Below are positions 26,900 to 39,198 of a DNA stretch of 64,000 nt, piece by piece (positions within the stretch are counted from its first letter, which is position 1; each line of letters opens with the position of its first letter). The position numbers and the translations under genes were made by a program. This DNA is from Octopus sinensis. Taxonomy: Eukaryota. Location: the NCBI RefSeq assembly GCF_006345805.1, contig NC_042998.1:117986001-118050000 (forward strand). The letters are read 5' to 3'. The notes beneath the pieces are model-generated. The model did no database searches. It was not told the origin of the DNA and saw only the letters and a list, made by a program, of their open reading frames with translations.

Positions 26900-27850
26900 A
26901 ATGATAAAAATAATAATAATGAAAGGAATCGGGTGGAGCCTCTCCGTGTCCTGATTAATGGTACATCTAGGGATGGTGTCACAATAAAACACTGATAATT
27001 GCGCAACCTAATAATCGCTACCTCATATGAGGCTTAAGTACCCAAGACGACGAACACGCTGAACACACAGAAAACCTAGCAACTCATGCTTCCTTAAAGT
27101 ACCCCATTTTAGCGACAAGAAACTACAGTCATAAGAAATGAAAGATTAAACATACAAGTAGCCTCTCCTGCCTTTCTCTTAGAAGACAGCTAGCAAAGAA
27201 ACAAGCAAGGGACAGCAGTCAGTGAACACTAACTGCCACATCCGTGGCACAGGTTTATGCCAACGGGTAAATGCTGTGTGTAAAATAAAATGTAACAAAT
27301 TGAACAAGTTCTTTGTGGGTAGCATAACAAGTTCGTTACACATTCACATCAAAGAACATCTGAACACAAGAACCTCTTTCTTCAGAAAACATCTAGACAG
27401 ATACCGGGACACCGAAAAAAGTATAACAGTCACAATTGAAACCAACGAAAGAAATTTTGGTAATCTAAGAATTAAGGAAGCTATCATCATAGACAGACAA
27501 GAGCCCAAAATTAACATCAGGCTGGAGATTGGCAATCAATATATTATTTAGCTACATCTGGATGCGTGTATGTTCGATTTTGCTAACATGCTCATGTATT
27601 ATAAAAAATAACAGTTCGTATAATACATAAATTAGAAGAGGCGCTGCGGATGTGCCAGCACACATTAGCGTGAGGCATGGCAGCCCTCACACACTTCTCA
27701 TGAGAAATTCCGGAAGGAGCTTCGTGAGACCACCGAAAAAATATCAGTAACCGTTAGAAAACCGATTATAGCAGTGACTCGATCAATTCAGTGATATCTG
27801 AAGATGGAATTTTTCTATTCCGAAATATTATTATTATATCAGACTATGGA
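26900..27850 (+). mobile_element. Penelope-like element 3' fragment (decayed GIY-YIG plus pLTR)
   Basis: ORF 27222-27551 reads TGLCQRVNAVCKIKC..KFFVGSITSSLHIHIKEH...LRIKEAIII.RQEPKIN, matching the YIG, R/H, E and N positions. An HHR lies downstream. The 5' boundary is uncertain. Confidence 0.75.
27792..27841 (+). ncRNA. Type I hammerhead ribozyme with an extra U after A9
   Basis: tgatat-CTGAAGA-t-ggaat ttttct attcc-GAAA-ta ttat ta-TT-atatca. Predicted cleavage after U27835 (AUU). Confidence 0.7.
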
Positions 27851-28192
27851 TAATTAATGCATAACAATCATTATAGTGCACCCCTTCAACAAGGAAGTGA
27901 GAGACAAACAAGAATGCATACAAAGTTATATAGAGTGGCTTTTCAGAACAATAACAATGGAAATAGGGATGGAACGACGAAGGAGTATGCATAGATGTAC
28001 GCCAATGTGCGTGTATGAGATTTTAATCTATATGGCAACGATATTTATATGTTAATTATAAATAATTGTGTGTGAGACGACGTATAGTTATTGATATATA
28101 TTTTATTGAGACATTTTTATTCTTCCATGTATAAGGAACAGATTGATATATGTGTGTGATTGTTTGTGTGTATATGTTTGTGCTAGTATATA

Positions 28193-28248
<56 letters not shown>

Positions 28249-28477
28249 ATTAATCAATATAGGGTGGCAAAAAATTTCGCAGAATTTTTTTGCCAGCAGC
28301 GGCCAAGTGGGAAAAAATTAAATAGTCATAGACCATTTATAAATTCAACGGAAAAATCAAGGAACGGCCATAATAGGCCATTCACCCACTAGAAATAACA
28401 GCCAAGGCTTCAACCGCAAAACAACATTAATTCCGTAAACCAGGAGAAAATAAAAAAAAAAAACACTTACCCTGTAA

Positions 28478-28582
28478 TTCTTTATACGATGCACCGTTTC
28501 GTCTACTGTTTAATGGTAAACTAACCTGATTAAATTAAATCAAGCTAGTCTTCCATAGGCCGATATATTCATCAGTAAAGAA
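28478..28582 (-). ncRNA. Array HHR, inverted copy
   Basis: Reverse complement of 28759-28863, with substitutions in stem II (atatat for atctat). Confidence 0.6.
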
Positions 28583-28758
28583 CGGCCACCCTATATTGAT
28601 TAATTATGAATTTTCTGGTTAATTCCGTAATGGAATCGGTGGCTTATATTTGCTGCCGATAAATTTGGCGCGAGTGCTATGATTTGAAAATTTTAGGTCA
28701 GTTATTGCCGAGACAGTGTTGGAAGTGCCTCGTGTAAATATCTGCTCCGATCTGGCCG

Positions 28759-28863
28759 TTCTTTACTGATGAATCTATCGGCCTATGGAAGACTAGCTTG
28801 ATTTAATTTAATCAGGTTAGTTTACCATTAAACAATAGACGAAACGGTGCATCGTATAAAGAA
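28759..28863 (+). ncRNA. Array HHR, unit 1
   Basis: ttcttta-CTGATGA-a tctat...gactagcttgatt/aatcaggttagtt...ataga c-GAAA-cggtgcatcg-TA-taaagaa. Cleavage predicted after A28856. The 10.1/11.1 position is A-C rather than G-C. Confidence 0.78.
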
Positions 28864-29243
28864 TTACAGGGTAAATGTTTTTTTTTATTTTCTCCTGGTT
28901 TACGGAATTAATGTTGTTTTGCGGTTGAAGCCTTGGCTGTTATTTCTAGTGGGTGAATGGCCTATTATGGCCGTTCCTTGATTTTGCTGTTGAATTTATA
29001 AATGGTCTATGACTATTTAATATTTTCCCACTAGGCCGCTGGTGGCAAAAAAATTCTGCGAAATTTTTTGCCACCCTATATTGCTTAATTATGAATTTTC
29101 TGGTTAATTCCGTAATGGAATCAGCGGCTTATATTTGCTGTCGATAAATTTGGCGCGAGTGCGATGATTTGAAAATTTTAGGTCAGATATTGCCGAGACA
29201 GTGGTGGAAGTGCCTCGTGTAAATATCTGCTCCGATCTGGCCG

Positions 29244-29348
29244 TTCTTTACTGATGAATCTATCGGCCTATGGAAGACTAGCTTGATTTAATTTAATCAG
29301 TTTATTTTACCATTAAACAATAGACGAAACGGTGCATCGTATAAAGTA
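29244..29348 (+). ncRNA. Array HHR, unit 2
   Basis: Same core. One stem I mismatch and two G>T changes in distal stem II. Cleavage predicted after A29341. Confidence 0.72.
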
Positions 29349-29888
29349 TTACAGGGTAAGTGTTTTTTTTTTTTAATTTTCTCCTGGTTTACGGAATTAA
29401 TGTTGTTTTGCGGTTGAAGCCTTGGCTGTTATTTCTAGTGGGTGAATGGCCTATTATGGCCGTTCCTTGATTTTGCTGTTGAATTTATAAATGGTCTATG
29501 ACTATTTAATTTTTCCCACTAGGCCGCTGGTGGCAAAAAAATTCTGCGAAATGTTTTGCCACCCTATATTGATTAATTATGAATTTTCTGGTTAATTCCG
29601 TAATGGAATCGGCGGCTTATATTTGCTGCCGATAAATTTGGCGCGAGTGCGATGATTTGAAAATTTTAGGTCTATCGGCCTATGGAAGACTAGCTTGATT
29701 TAATTTAATCAGGTTAGTTTACCATTAAACAATAGACGAAACGGTGCATCGTATAAAGAATTACAGGGTAAATGTTTTTTTTTATTTTCTCCTGGTTTAC
29801 GGAATTAATGTTGCTTTGCGGTTGAAGCCTTGGCTGTTATTTCTAGTGGGTGAATGGCCTATTATGGCCGTTCCTTGATTTTGCTATA

Positions 29889-29943
<55 letters not shown>

Positions 29944-31150
29944 TGTGTATATGTATGTGTGTATGTATACACATCCAAGCTGGCAATCAAACAAACACGT
30001 GCATATTCTTATATTCGTGAATATATGATTGCATATCTAAATACACACACACGTTCACACATGCGCACACGTTCACACACACAACAAACACACACATATG
30101 TAGATTTATACATACAAATTTGCATATATGTACAGGTACTCGCATAATATATTTGTGTACTGGAATGCGTCTGCTCAACTGTTCGTTTAATTTTTTTAAA
30201 ACATGATATGCATCTCGAATATTTAAAGCTATACATCTTTTGACTTTACCTTTCCCCAAAATCTTATTTAAGAACAACATGATGTCTGTAGTTTTTAGAT
30301 ACTTACATTCGGGACCACCAGATTTACGGATTATATTTATAATCTTTCTAAACTAAATACCTTCATGTATATGGATCAAGAAAAGGCGAAACAAAGTGAG
30401 ATATTGCACACTGTAGTCATATCCATGTTCTGATGCTCAAAATTTGAAAACAATTTTAAAAAATGGCTTGCGTTTGGTTTTTCCAAATCAATTTGTCCAA
30501 TTCTCTATTCAGACAGCATTTCAACTTTCTCTACTCTATTCTTTTTTGTAATATATGGAGCTATATTTCAAACATTTGTTCCTCATACGTGTCTTCCTGG
30601 TTCCTGTAAGGGAGTGCATCTATATTAAATATTATGTGACAATAATAAACTTATTACGGATTTTGATTTCTTTTTATATTTCTCGATATAAGGTTGTTTT
30701 AGAAGAGATTTAATATACTGACTTAAAAATAAAGATAATTTTTATTTTTTCTTTGTATTTTCTACTGTCGGATTTCTCTTGTACTAAATTTAGTTTCATT
30801 TCTTTGTAAACCAAATCGATAGCTTCGATATTTACCTAGTTCTTCACAAGGGAAACATAAGTTCCACTTGTCTCTATAAACCTAGACATCGGATTTGAAA
30901 AGTAGAATAATAGTTTAGTAAGAAACAAGAAAATGTGGACCACAGTAATTTAAATGTGTATGTCTTTCCTACAATTTTAATGGTACACCAGATGAAATGC
31001 TTATCGGAAGTGACGTATTGGATCAATACTACGCGTAGAACATTAATCGACAAAGAATGTTTCAAGTAATTCTTTAAAATAGGATCCAAATCTAACTAAC
31101 GTCATATGCAGAAGATTAAAAATTTGACGAATACATACATACATGCATAC

Positions 31151-31220
<70 letters not shown>

Positions 31221-31280
31221 ATATATATATATATACACACACACACATATATATATATATATAAATACATACATATACAC

Positions 31281-31343
<63 letters not shown>

Positions 31344-31625
31344 CTAGGACTAATCAATACGTATCAGGATGTTGTCATATTAACGAGACGAAAACACGCA
31401 AAATCAAACCGCTTGGTACAAATTGAACTTGGACAGTGATGTTGCATGCGCACTTGGTTTTAAATTTCCTGCTCACTTGCCCTGTTTTCACCAGTGCTTG
31501 GAAGACAGGTGTGTAGCGCGTGATCGTCGCATTGACGATGACACAGAAGGTTCAGCAGATAATCTGCATCAAATTTTGCCAAAGGCTTGGCGATACATGC
31601 TCAGATGCCTACGAAATACATTTCC
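31344..31625 (+). mobile_element. mariner 5' fragment
   Basis: TA plus TIR-like ctaggactaatcaatacgtatc, then MTQKVQQIICIKFCQRLGDTCSDAYE (N-terminal HTH). Confidence 0.75.
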
Positions 31626-32222
31626 ATTCTTTTCGATACAATCTAAATTTTGTGCAACCGAAACCCGCGTGTCTCTTTCGTCAACTGAAAGCGGTTTTGG
31701 CACAAACTTGGCAGCAGGCACGCGTCTCATACCCAAATCTTCTGTGATAATGAACTGATCTTAACCGAAAGTAATCTACACATACTCAGATAGTTGACGG
31801 ATAGTGATTCGACGATTTCCACTCACAGCTACACGTGCATCTGCCATGAGTTTCTCAGTTCCGATGCTCTCTCAGAATATTCGATAATTTCGACATGTTT
31901 TCGGCCATCTTGGAAACGTCTGAAACACTTTTACACTTGTGTGCGTCTCATACACTCTTTTCCATACACTTTCTGCAAATGTACGTAGGTTTCTGAGCAA
32001 GTATCGCAATGACAACTTTCTCTGTCATCGACAATGCGATTATAACACGCTACACACCTTCTTTTCAAACATTGCTGTAATCAGCGGAAGTGAGTGACAA
32101 CGTTAAAACTTGTTGCCCAAGCACAGCAGAGGTCAAAATCAATATTTGCCGTGCGGCTTCACTCTGCCTACTCTAGCTTCGTAACTATGGCAACAGTGCG
32201 GATACTTATTGATCATCCCTCG
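31626..32222 (-). mobile_element. mariner 5' half, convergent with the 31344 copy
   Basis: TIR cgagggatgatcaataagtatccg after TA. SETYVHLQKVYGKECMRRTQV*KCFRRFQDGR, then frameshifted HTH2 and linker motifs. Confidence 0.75.
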
Positions 32223-32225
32223 TAT

Positions 32226-33105
32226 ATACAAGGTGGGAGAAATGTAAGAAGACATTAAAAATTTATAAAATGCACATTCCGTCTACAAATTTATTGAAAC
32301 TAATGATGCATGTCCTTTATTACACGAGGAAATGAAAGTAAATCTTCATAGTTCAAGGCAAATACCGGTGGCATCAAACAGTTTTATCAAACCGCCAGGG
32401 ATGGAATGAACAACCTTCTCAAGGACGTCGTCTGTGATATCTTTGGAAACCTCCTGAATCAGTGTCTCCAAGTCCTCCAGTGTGTGAAGCTTTGTTTTGC
32501 ACAGCTCCCTCTTTTTGGTAACACTACAGGTGAAAATCACATAGAGTGAGATCTGGAATACTTAGAGCTTTAGATTCTTGAATTCTGCGGTCACAGTCTT
32601 TAAATTTTATCTCTTGCACGTAATGGGGTTTTCACAGACGACAATGTAATTCATTATGCAACACCGAACGTATTGTGAGTCTTGTTACTCCACTTTCACA
32701 AGTTGTTTGACGTGTTGATTTTTGCGGGCTGCGATTAAATATTTCCTACAGTATTGCCATGTTCGCCGCTAACCGGGATGTGATTGGACGGCCACTTCTT
32801 CTTGCATCGCTCACAGAGCCTCTGGTCATCAGCTTTGCATGAAAACTTTTTATTTTCTCCGAACGTAGCGTTGCGTGCATGCCTTTCCATGCACGCCGCC
32901 ATCTCTGAACCGAAGCAATGGAATTCCACACTTCATAGCAAGCTGTTAACTGAGCTCACTCCTGAACATCCAAGCGACCGACCACCATGACATTAAGAAA
33001 TAAGAAATAAGACATTAAGAAAAAATAATCCCGCTAGATTATTACTCAAGATTACTAAAAATTATATAAGCAATTTCTAATGCCTAGTTGCTTTCCACCC
33101 ATCCA
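32226..33105 (-). mobile_element. Tc1/mariner-superfamily element, internally deleted
   Basis: HAKLMTRGSVSDARRSGRP (N-terminal), PDLTLCDFHL* and LHTLEDLETLIQE...VVHSIP (C-terminal). Termini uncertain. Confidence 0.7.
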
Positions 33106-33167
33106 TGATTCACGCTAGCTCCAAAAGATTTTTTTTTATTCTCTCTCTGCTTATTTCACCGTGTTCC

Positions 33168-33201
33168 TTTCTGTTGAAGAGCATAGGCTCGAAAAATAAA
33201 A
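33168..33201 (+). ncRNA. Degenerate minimal HHR-like motif (CUGUUGA core)
   Basis: ttt-ctgttga-a-gagc atag gctc-gaaa-aa-ta-aaa. Confidence 0.35.
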
Positions 33202-33281
33202 TATTTTCTCACCCTCCCGAGCGTTAAACTAATACACTTGCTTGATGTTTATACGCCTGTCTTTATCTTTTGCTTTTCTGT

Positions 33282-33285
<4 letters not shown>

Positions 33286-33377
<92 letters not shown>

Positions 33378-33431
33378 ATATGTGTATGTGTGTGTGTGTA
33401 TGTATGTATATATATATATATATATATATAC
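33286..33431. repeat. (TA)n/(TG)n microsatellite
   Basis: Direct reading. Confidence 0.95.
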
Positions 33432-33906
33432 TTAATCATGTCGAAGGGAAATGGAAATTAATAGAAATTTTCACTTCCATTGGCCTAGCGTGTAAAAATG
33501 TAGTCCAAAACTACGTATTACTCATGAAATACAGTGTACATTTAAACACATAAGGCATCCACTCCTGAGATTTAAAAGTTGGCATTCTTTACTGCCGACG
33601 AGGGGCTGCGTCTGTGCAGTAGATTTTGAAAAAATTAGGATGTATAAACAAGAGGCACATAGTTGATTGCCTGGTGTTTTACATATTTAATCTAAGATGT
33701 GCATGTTGAGGAAGATTTCACCTAGCGAATATATTTTATTTGCTAAACTAAAACGAAACCAGTGCTGTTGGTGACCTACTGGAGTGGATCCAGGAAACTA
33801 GATGGTAAAAGTTTTTATTTTTTCATTTCGTTCCTGTCGGGATACACACACATACACACACACACACACACACGCACGCACACACACACACACACCACAC
33901 ACACAC

Positions 33907-33954
<48 letters not shown>

Positions 33955-34002
33955 GAAGGTTTTAAAGGAACACACGAGTTGATATATATATATGGAAAAA
34001 AC

Positions 34003-34200
34003 TAGAAAATGCTAAAATAACTTTATAAAAAACATTTCAACACGAGTTTCTGTCATTGAGACTTCTTCAACTGTAAGCATGGAAAAAATTAAGTTTTGCA
34101 AAAATTAAATGAAAAGGATTTTTAAAAGTATATTTGCATAGTATTCAAATACGAGGATCATTATTCTTGTTTCTGCCCGTCTCTGTCTATCTTGTTTACT
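34003..34200. repeat. ~200-bp dispersed repeat (family C) with a UUGAAGA HHR-like motif on minus at 34038-34073
   Basis: Aligns with 46445-46680 and, inverted, with 47170-47370. Confidence 0.75.
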
Positions 34201-35609
34201 TTATATATATATACATATTAGAGGGAAACCACTATGTGGAGCCCCTTCTGTTAGAAATAGATCCGTTGTGGTCTTACCACTAAGAAATGTTCTCAAGAAA
34301 CATTTAGCAAAACAACCGAAACGTAATCGAGGAAGACAAAAGAAAAAGCAATAAAAATATGTATATAATGCAATTTTACTGAACCTTCATTTTGTTTATA
34401 TGCTAGACCACTGGTGTGAAATCGATGTTAATTAAATTAATATCTAATTTCTCAGCCTCATTTTAAATTTACACATATATATATATATAGCGTGAACTTG
34501 AATGACTGGTTGAATGTCCAATCTTCTCTGCTAGTTCCTCAGCAGTTAAGATGGGATTTTGTTCCGCCAAGCTTTGCAGGAGGTCCCCGCCGAGCTCTAC
34601 AGATATTCAACGAAAAGGTTCGTCTTGTAGACTAGTTTCCGGCTCGAAATTTCTGGAACCACCATTGACAATGACATGCGCTTATTGTCCGATCCACATA
34701 TACTGCATTAATCTTCCTCGCACTTACCGTTCTGTTATTTCCTTTATTGAACTCCTAAAGCAAAATATGCGGAATAGGGTACATTGTCACCCCCAAAATA
34801 GATTTGAAAATGTAAGTGTTAAAATCGAACTGCAGTTTTCAAAACTACTAAGAATAAATAGGAGGTAAAATTACTACCTGCTCGTATAGCAAGATGATGC
34901 AGGTGATTTATTTCTTCCTCCTCCGACCTTTAGTGCATGCAATTGAAAAAACAGCATTAGTTATGGAATGACCCAATATATATCGATATACATGTGTGTG
35001 TTTGTGTTTGTATGTGTGTACGTGTTTGTATCTGTCTGTCTGTTTGTCTCTCTGTATGTCTGTGAATACGAGCGAATGCACATTCTGTGTGAGCTTTGCA
35101 GCGTGAATAAGTGTACTTGGTTGAAGTAAAGACAGATTGGCCCGATTGAAAAATTTTACATCACAAGTCTCAACTATGAAGTCCAACTCCTGCAAATATA
35201 GGCTGCATAACGGTTTTTGATTTAAGCGCAAATTTGAAAGGTCGGCTTTAGTCAATACCATGGACAGCAGTACTTAGAGTGATACTTTAAGTCATAAATC
35301 TCTAAGCGTGGAAGATAGAAGTAATGTAATCTGGATTTGAATGTAAATGCATGAAAACATTTCTCACCATTATACCGCAATGTACACACTGTAGTTCTCA
35401 GTGTTCAACAACTTACATCCATTAAGTATATCATCTTGATAATATGTGTGTATGTGTGTGTATGCGAATATCGCATTAGTTCATATATATATATATAAGA
35501 ACACACACGAACACAGAATGTGTCGCTGAGGAGGTCACAGATGTGTGACGAAAGATTTACGCACAATGGACATGAGTTAGAATAAGAAGAGTAATAAACG
35601 AGTGTATAT

Positions 35610-35618
35610 ATATATATG

Positions 35619-35661
<43 letters not shown>

Positions 35662-35870
35662 GTATGTATGAAGGTAGATAGATAGATAGATAGATAGATA
35701 GATATATATATATAGATAGATAGATAGATAGATATATATATATATATAGATAGATAGATATATATATATATAGATAGATAGATAGATATATATATAGATA
35801 GATAGATAGATATATATATAGATAGATATATAGATAGATAGATAGATAGATAGATAGAGAAAGAGAGAGA
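35610..35870. repeat. Compound (TA)n/(TAGA)n microsatellite
   Basis: Direct reading. Confidence 0.95.
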
Positions 35871-35949
35871 TACATTATGGTAGAGAAAACTCTTTTATAA
35901 CGATTTTTTCTTGTTCTTCATTGACTGCAAACTAGTTGGTTCTGTGCAA

Positions 35950-36600
35950 AAGCAACGTGCTATAATTAGGCTGATGAAGGATAAGCGATGTTAGCAACCC
36001 GATATACGAATAACATAAAAATGTGTTTGTGTGACGACTCCTCTGACGAGATCAACGCAGATAGATGAAGAATTTAAAGAATTGCATACAGGTACCAAAG
36101 ATCAACAACGGACACGAACCATCTGTAAGTGGACGAACTGATTCGCACGGACAGAGGAGTCAAAATATGGAGCTTATTATACTGTTTTAATTTGGCATGA
36201 AAGCATTAGAGCAGATAGTTGAAGATATTTGTTATCGAAAGTCGAGTGTAAATCCAGTTTCTCAACGATGGACAACCGATTTGAAAGAACAACGTTTGGG
36301 AGCATGCTCTGGTAATTTCTTAAGTCATTTCCGATCTATGATGACATGTATTTTTGCGCATCTGGTGAAAGTTTATGAAATGTGGGGCCAACTTTCTGAG
36401 CGTAAAGAGAAAACACAGTATGGTATCACACCTCATTCTTCAAGATATAAGAAATTCAAGATCCAGCAATCTGCATAGAAACACATAGTGAGTGTGATTT
36501 TTCATTTATCGTTGCTTTTGGGGGAAATAGGGAATGCTTTTCTAGAAAGTTCTTGTACCTCGAATAATGAACTGTAGATTAAGATATTGTAAAGGTATTC
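35950..36600 (+). mobile_element. Decayed mariner transposase
   Basis: VDELIRTDRGVKI, RKSSVNPVSQRWTTDLKEQRLGACS, ILQD and CDF motifs in order across frameshifts. Confidence 0.55.
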
Positions 36601-37019
36601 AGAAGCCAGTAAAAGGAAGGGAAGAACAAGGGAGTGGGAAAACCCATACATCTTTCACAACATATCATGCAATTGGCGCTCTACTCATCTCATTACACCG
36701 CATCGACTGTACAGCACAGGTGTAACAGTCTTCGACATATATCTGATCTGTCGACTGATCAGTCTTTAATATCGGAGTCACACGTGATAACATTCAATGT
36801 GAAGAAGTGAATAAAATAAAGAATATCTGACTGTTTTCGAAGGGGATTCCAGAGCAGGAATCAGAAGCAGAACATGTATACGGTTACGATAACAATTTTG
36901 ATGAGTATCATATTTATTTAGACGTTTTAGGCGAAAAACAAATACAATTTAAGCGACCTATGTCATTTAAAAAAAATGTTACGTCTAATGTTGCAATAAT
37001 TTTGCTATAAACCGCGTGC

Positions 37020-37057
37020 ATACATGTGTATACACGCACACATATATATATATATGT

Positions 37058-37136
<79 letters not shown>

Positions 37137-37188
37137 CATACATATATATATATATATATATACATACATATATATATATATATATATA

Positions 37189-37220
<32 letters not shown>
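37020..37220. repeat. (TA)n microsatellite with CA interruptions
   Basis: Direct reading. Confidence 0.95.
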
Positions 37221-37221
<1 letters not shown>

Positions 37222-38984
37222 CACCACGTTATACGCAAACACATAAGCGTATATAAATGCGTATGGGGAGCTGTCTGTCAGTGTGTGTGTGTAAATATAT
37301 GTTTGCTTGCAGCATTATTGATTCGTTTAATGCGTTCTCATATTTACGACAAGGATTGTTTAATATCATAACACCAATATGTTAAAGCCATGATTGAATT
37401 CATATTTTCGTTGATGAATTGCTTCTGTATCCCTGTGCTTCCTGTAAATGATTTTAACAAGTATATTAAAGTGCCTTTCCGTATTAGATTATTTATTCAG
37501 CGTGTAACAAAATATCAACGTCATTTCAATATGTAGGTGTATTATGATATGTGTATACTTCTAATGTATATGAATATATTATAGATTGAATTCTATACTC
37601 TGTGCTCAATATATATATATATATATATCGAAATATTAAATTGTATTAAAATGAAATAAATGAAAATGAAGAGGGAATATATTAATCATATCAGAAGATA
37701 TTTACTACAAAGAACATCTATTGCAGAATTCAATAACAAGAATTCAAAATTCATTTAACATTGTAATATTGTAATAGATATATATTTGGTATTTACCGAA
37801 GAGCTTTGAAGTGTTACGTCCTATTAACCAATATTCTTTGCAAGCATTTAATAACATTCTACATTGAATTTCGATGATTTATGCTTATATATCCTCGACA
37901 ACTGAACTTTTATTAGGTCACTTCAAAATGATTATGTTAGTAATAAATTATGGTCCTTACTACTTTGTTTCTCTTTTGAAGATTTACGTCGAGAAAAGCA
38001 GCCACCATTACCTCAGATTTCCATCTGTTCCAAATGGCTGAAAATATCGCTCACTAATATAGGCGCACAAAAGCCAATAAAAATAATATGCCTCGCTAAC
38101 AGATTAGTGCATAAGCAGGATTGCTCCCTCAGACGGTGAACGTTTCAGGCTTGTGTGAAATAGGAATGACCTGCGATGATGTAAAATACGCTGTTTTTGA
38201 TATTTAAATCGGAGAGATTGAGTACATCTATAATCCTCAACGAGACGAACGAATGTGTGTCGTTTTGCTTTCTTTACTATGATAGTTACAGTAGAGTCGT
38301 TATACATATTTCTTTACTATATCTTTATTTTAGGGCTGTATTATAACATTGTATCCCTAATTAGGCAAAACCATAGTGAAAACATTTTCTTTCTGCGACC
38401 TCCAGGCAATTGGGTAACGTGTCAAATACAAGCAGTGTATCCAAGATCTGTTGGGTATCCGGAACATACCAGCCGTTAGAAAAGCAGCTAAACATAACAT
38501 GGACGAGATTAGAGATTGGGAATCCTTTGAAGAAATTCTTATTCAGAAAATTACTAATTTTTGTATGAAAATAAATTATGCTAATGTACATTTGTTTAAG
38601 ATGGTGTAGTACATCCTACACTTTACTGATTTCAAATACCATAGTTTTAGCATCCATTTGCTGTTGCGAATGTAGAATAAATCCATGGCTAGGACTGTCG
38701 AGTAGGCTCAGGAGAGGGCTATATGTGAACACAATGTTTGTTGGTCACCGATATCAGGAAATGGGACACCTAAAGCCTGAAGTGGTGGAGAGATGCAGAA
38801 ACGTGTATTTCACAGTGAGGGACCAAGACTTTTATTTGATTAAGAATTGCTTAGAGAACACTAACCAAATATTTCCTTTTTATCTTATGATAATAGTGTG
38901 TCATTTATATCAAAATTGACCGTTGTTTCTTGCAGTTCCAGCAGTCCAGTATACACCAATTCCATCCATATGTATGTGTGTATA

Positions 38985-39198
38985 TGGAGTGTGCTGAAAA
39001 GTTCCTGGCTTTGGGTGAAACAAAATACAGGAAGGTCAGTTGATCATGTTTTTATTCAACATGCTCTCCTTTCAGATTCACACACTTATTGCAACACTCC
39101 TTCAGTTTTTCTGAGCCGTGAGAAAATTCAGAAGGTTGGGTCTCCAATCAAACCTTTCGCTATATCCTTGAAGCCAGCAAGTTTTCAGCAATCCCTCG
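38985..39198. mobile_element. mariner-type MITE
   Basis: Imperfect TIRs (gctgaaaagttcctggctt and aagccagcaagttttcagc), flanked by TA on both sides. Confidence 0.75.

Larger units (their letters stand above)
28245..29886 (+). repeat. HHR-bearing tandem array (retrozyme-like): inverted partial unit plus three head-to-tail units
   Basis: Units start at 28585, 29070 and 29558 (periods 485 and 488). 28245-28587 is the reverse complement of about 28753-29090. Both ends run into (TA)n. Confidence 0.92.

Noticed and set aside
27697-27724. ctcatga plus hairpin as a second pLTR HHR
   Set aside because: G5 is changed, GAAA is absent and no stem I or III forms.
28585-29886. CRISPR array or Helitron concatemer reading of the tandem array
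   Set aside because: There are no unique spacers or cas genes. There is no Rep/helicase or clear CTRR terminus. The periodic HHR explains the unit better, though a rolling-circle origin is not excluded.
38350-38900. Possible LINE-derived coding remnant
   Set aside because: No diagnostic motif recognised.
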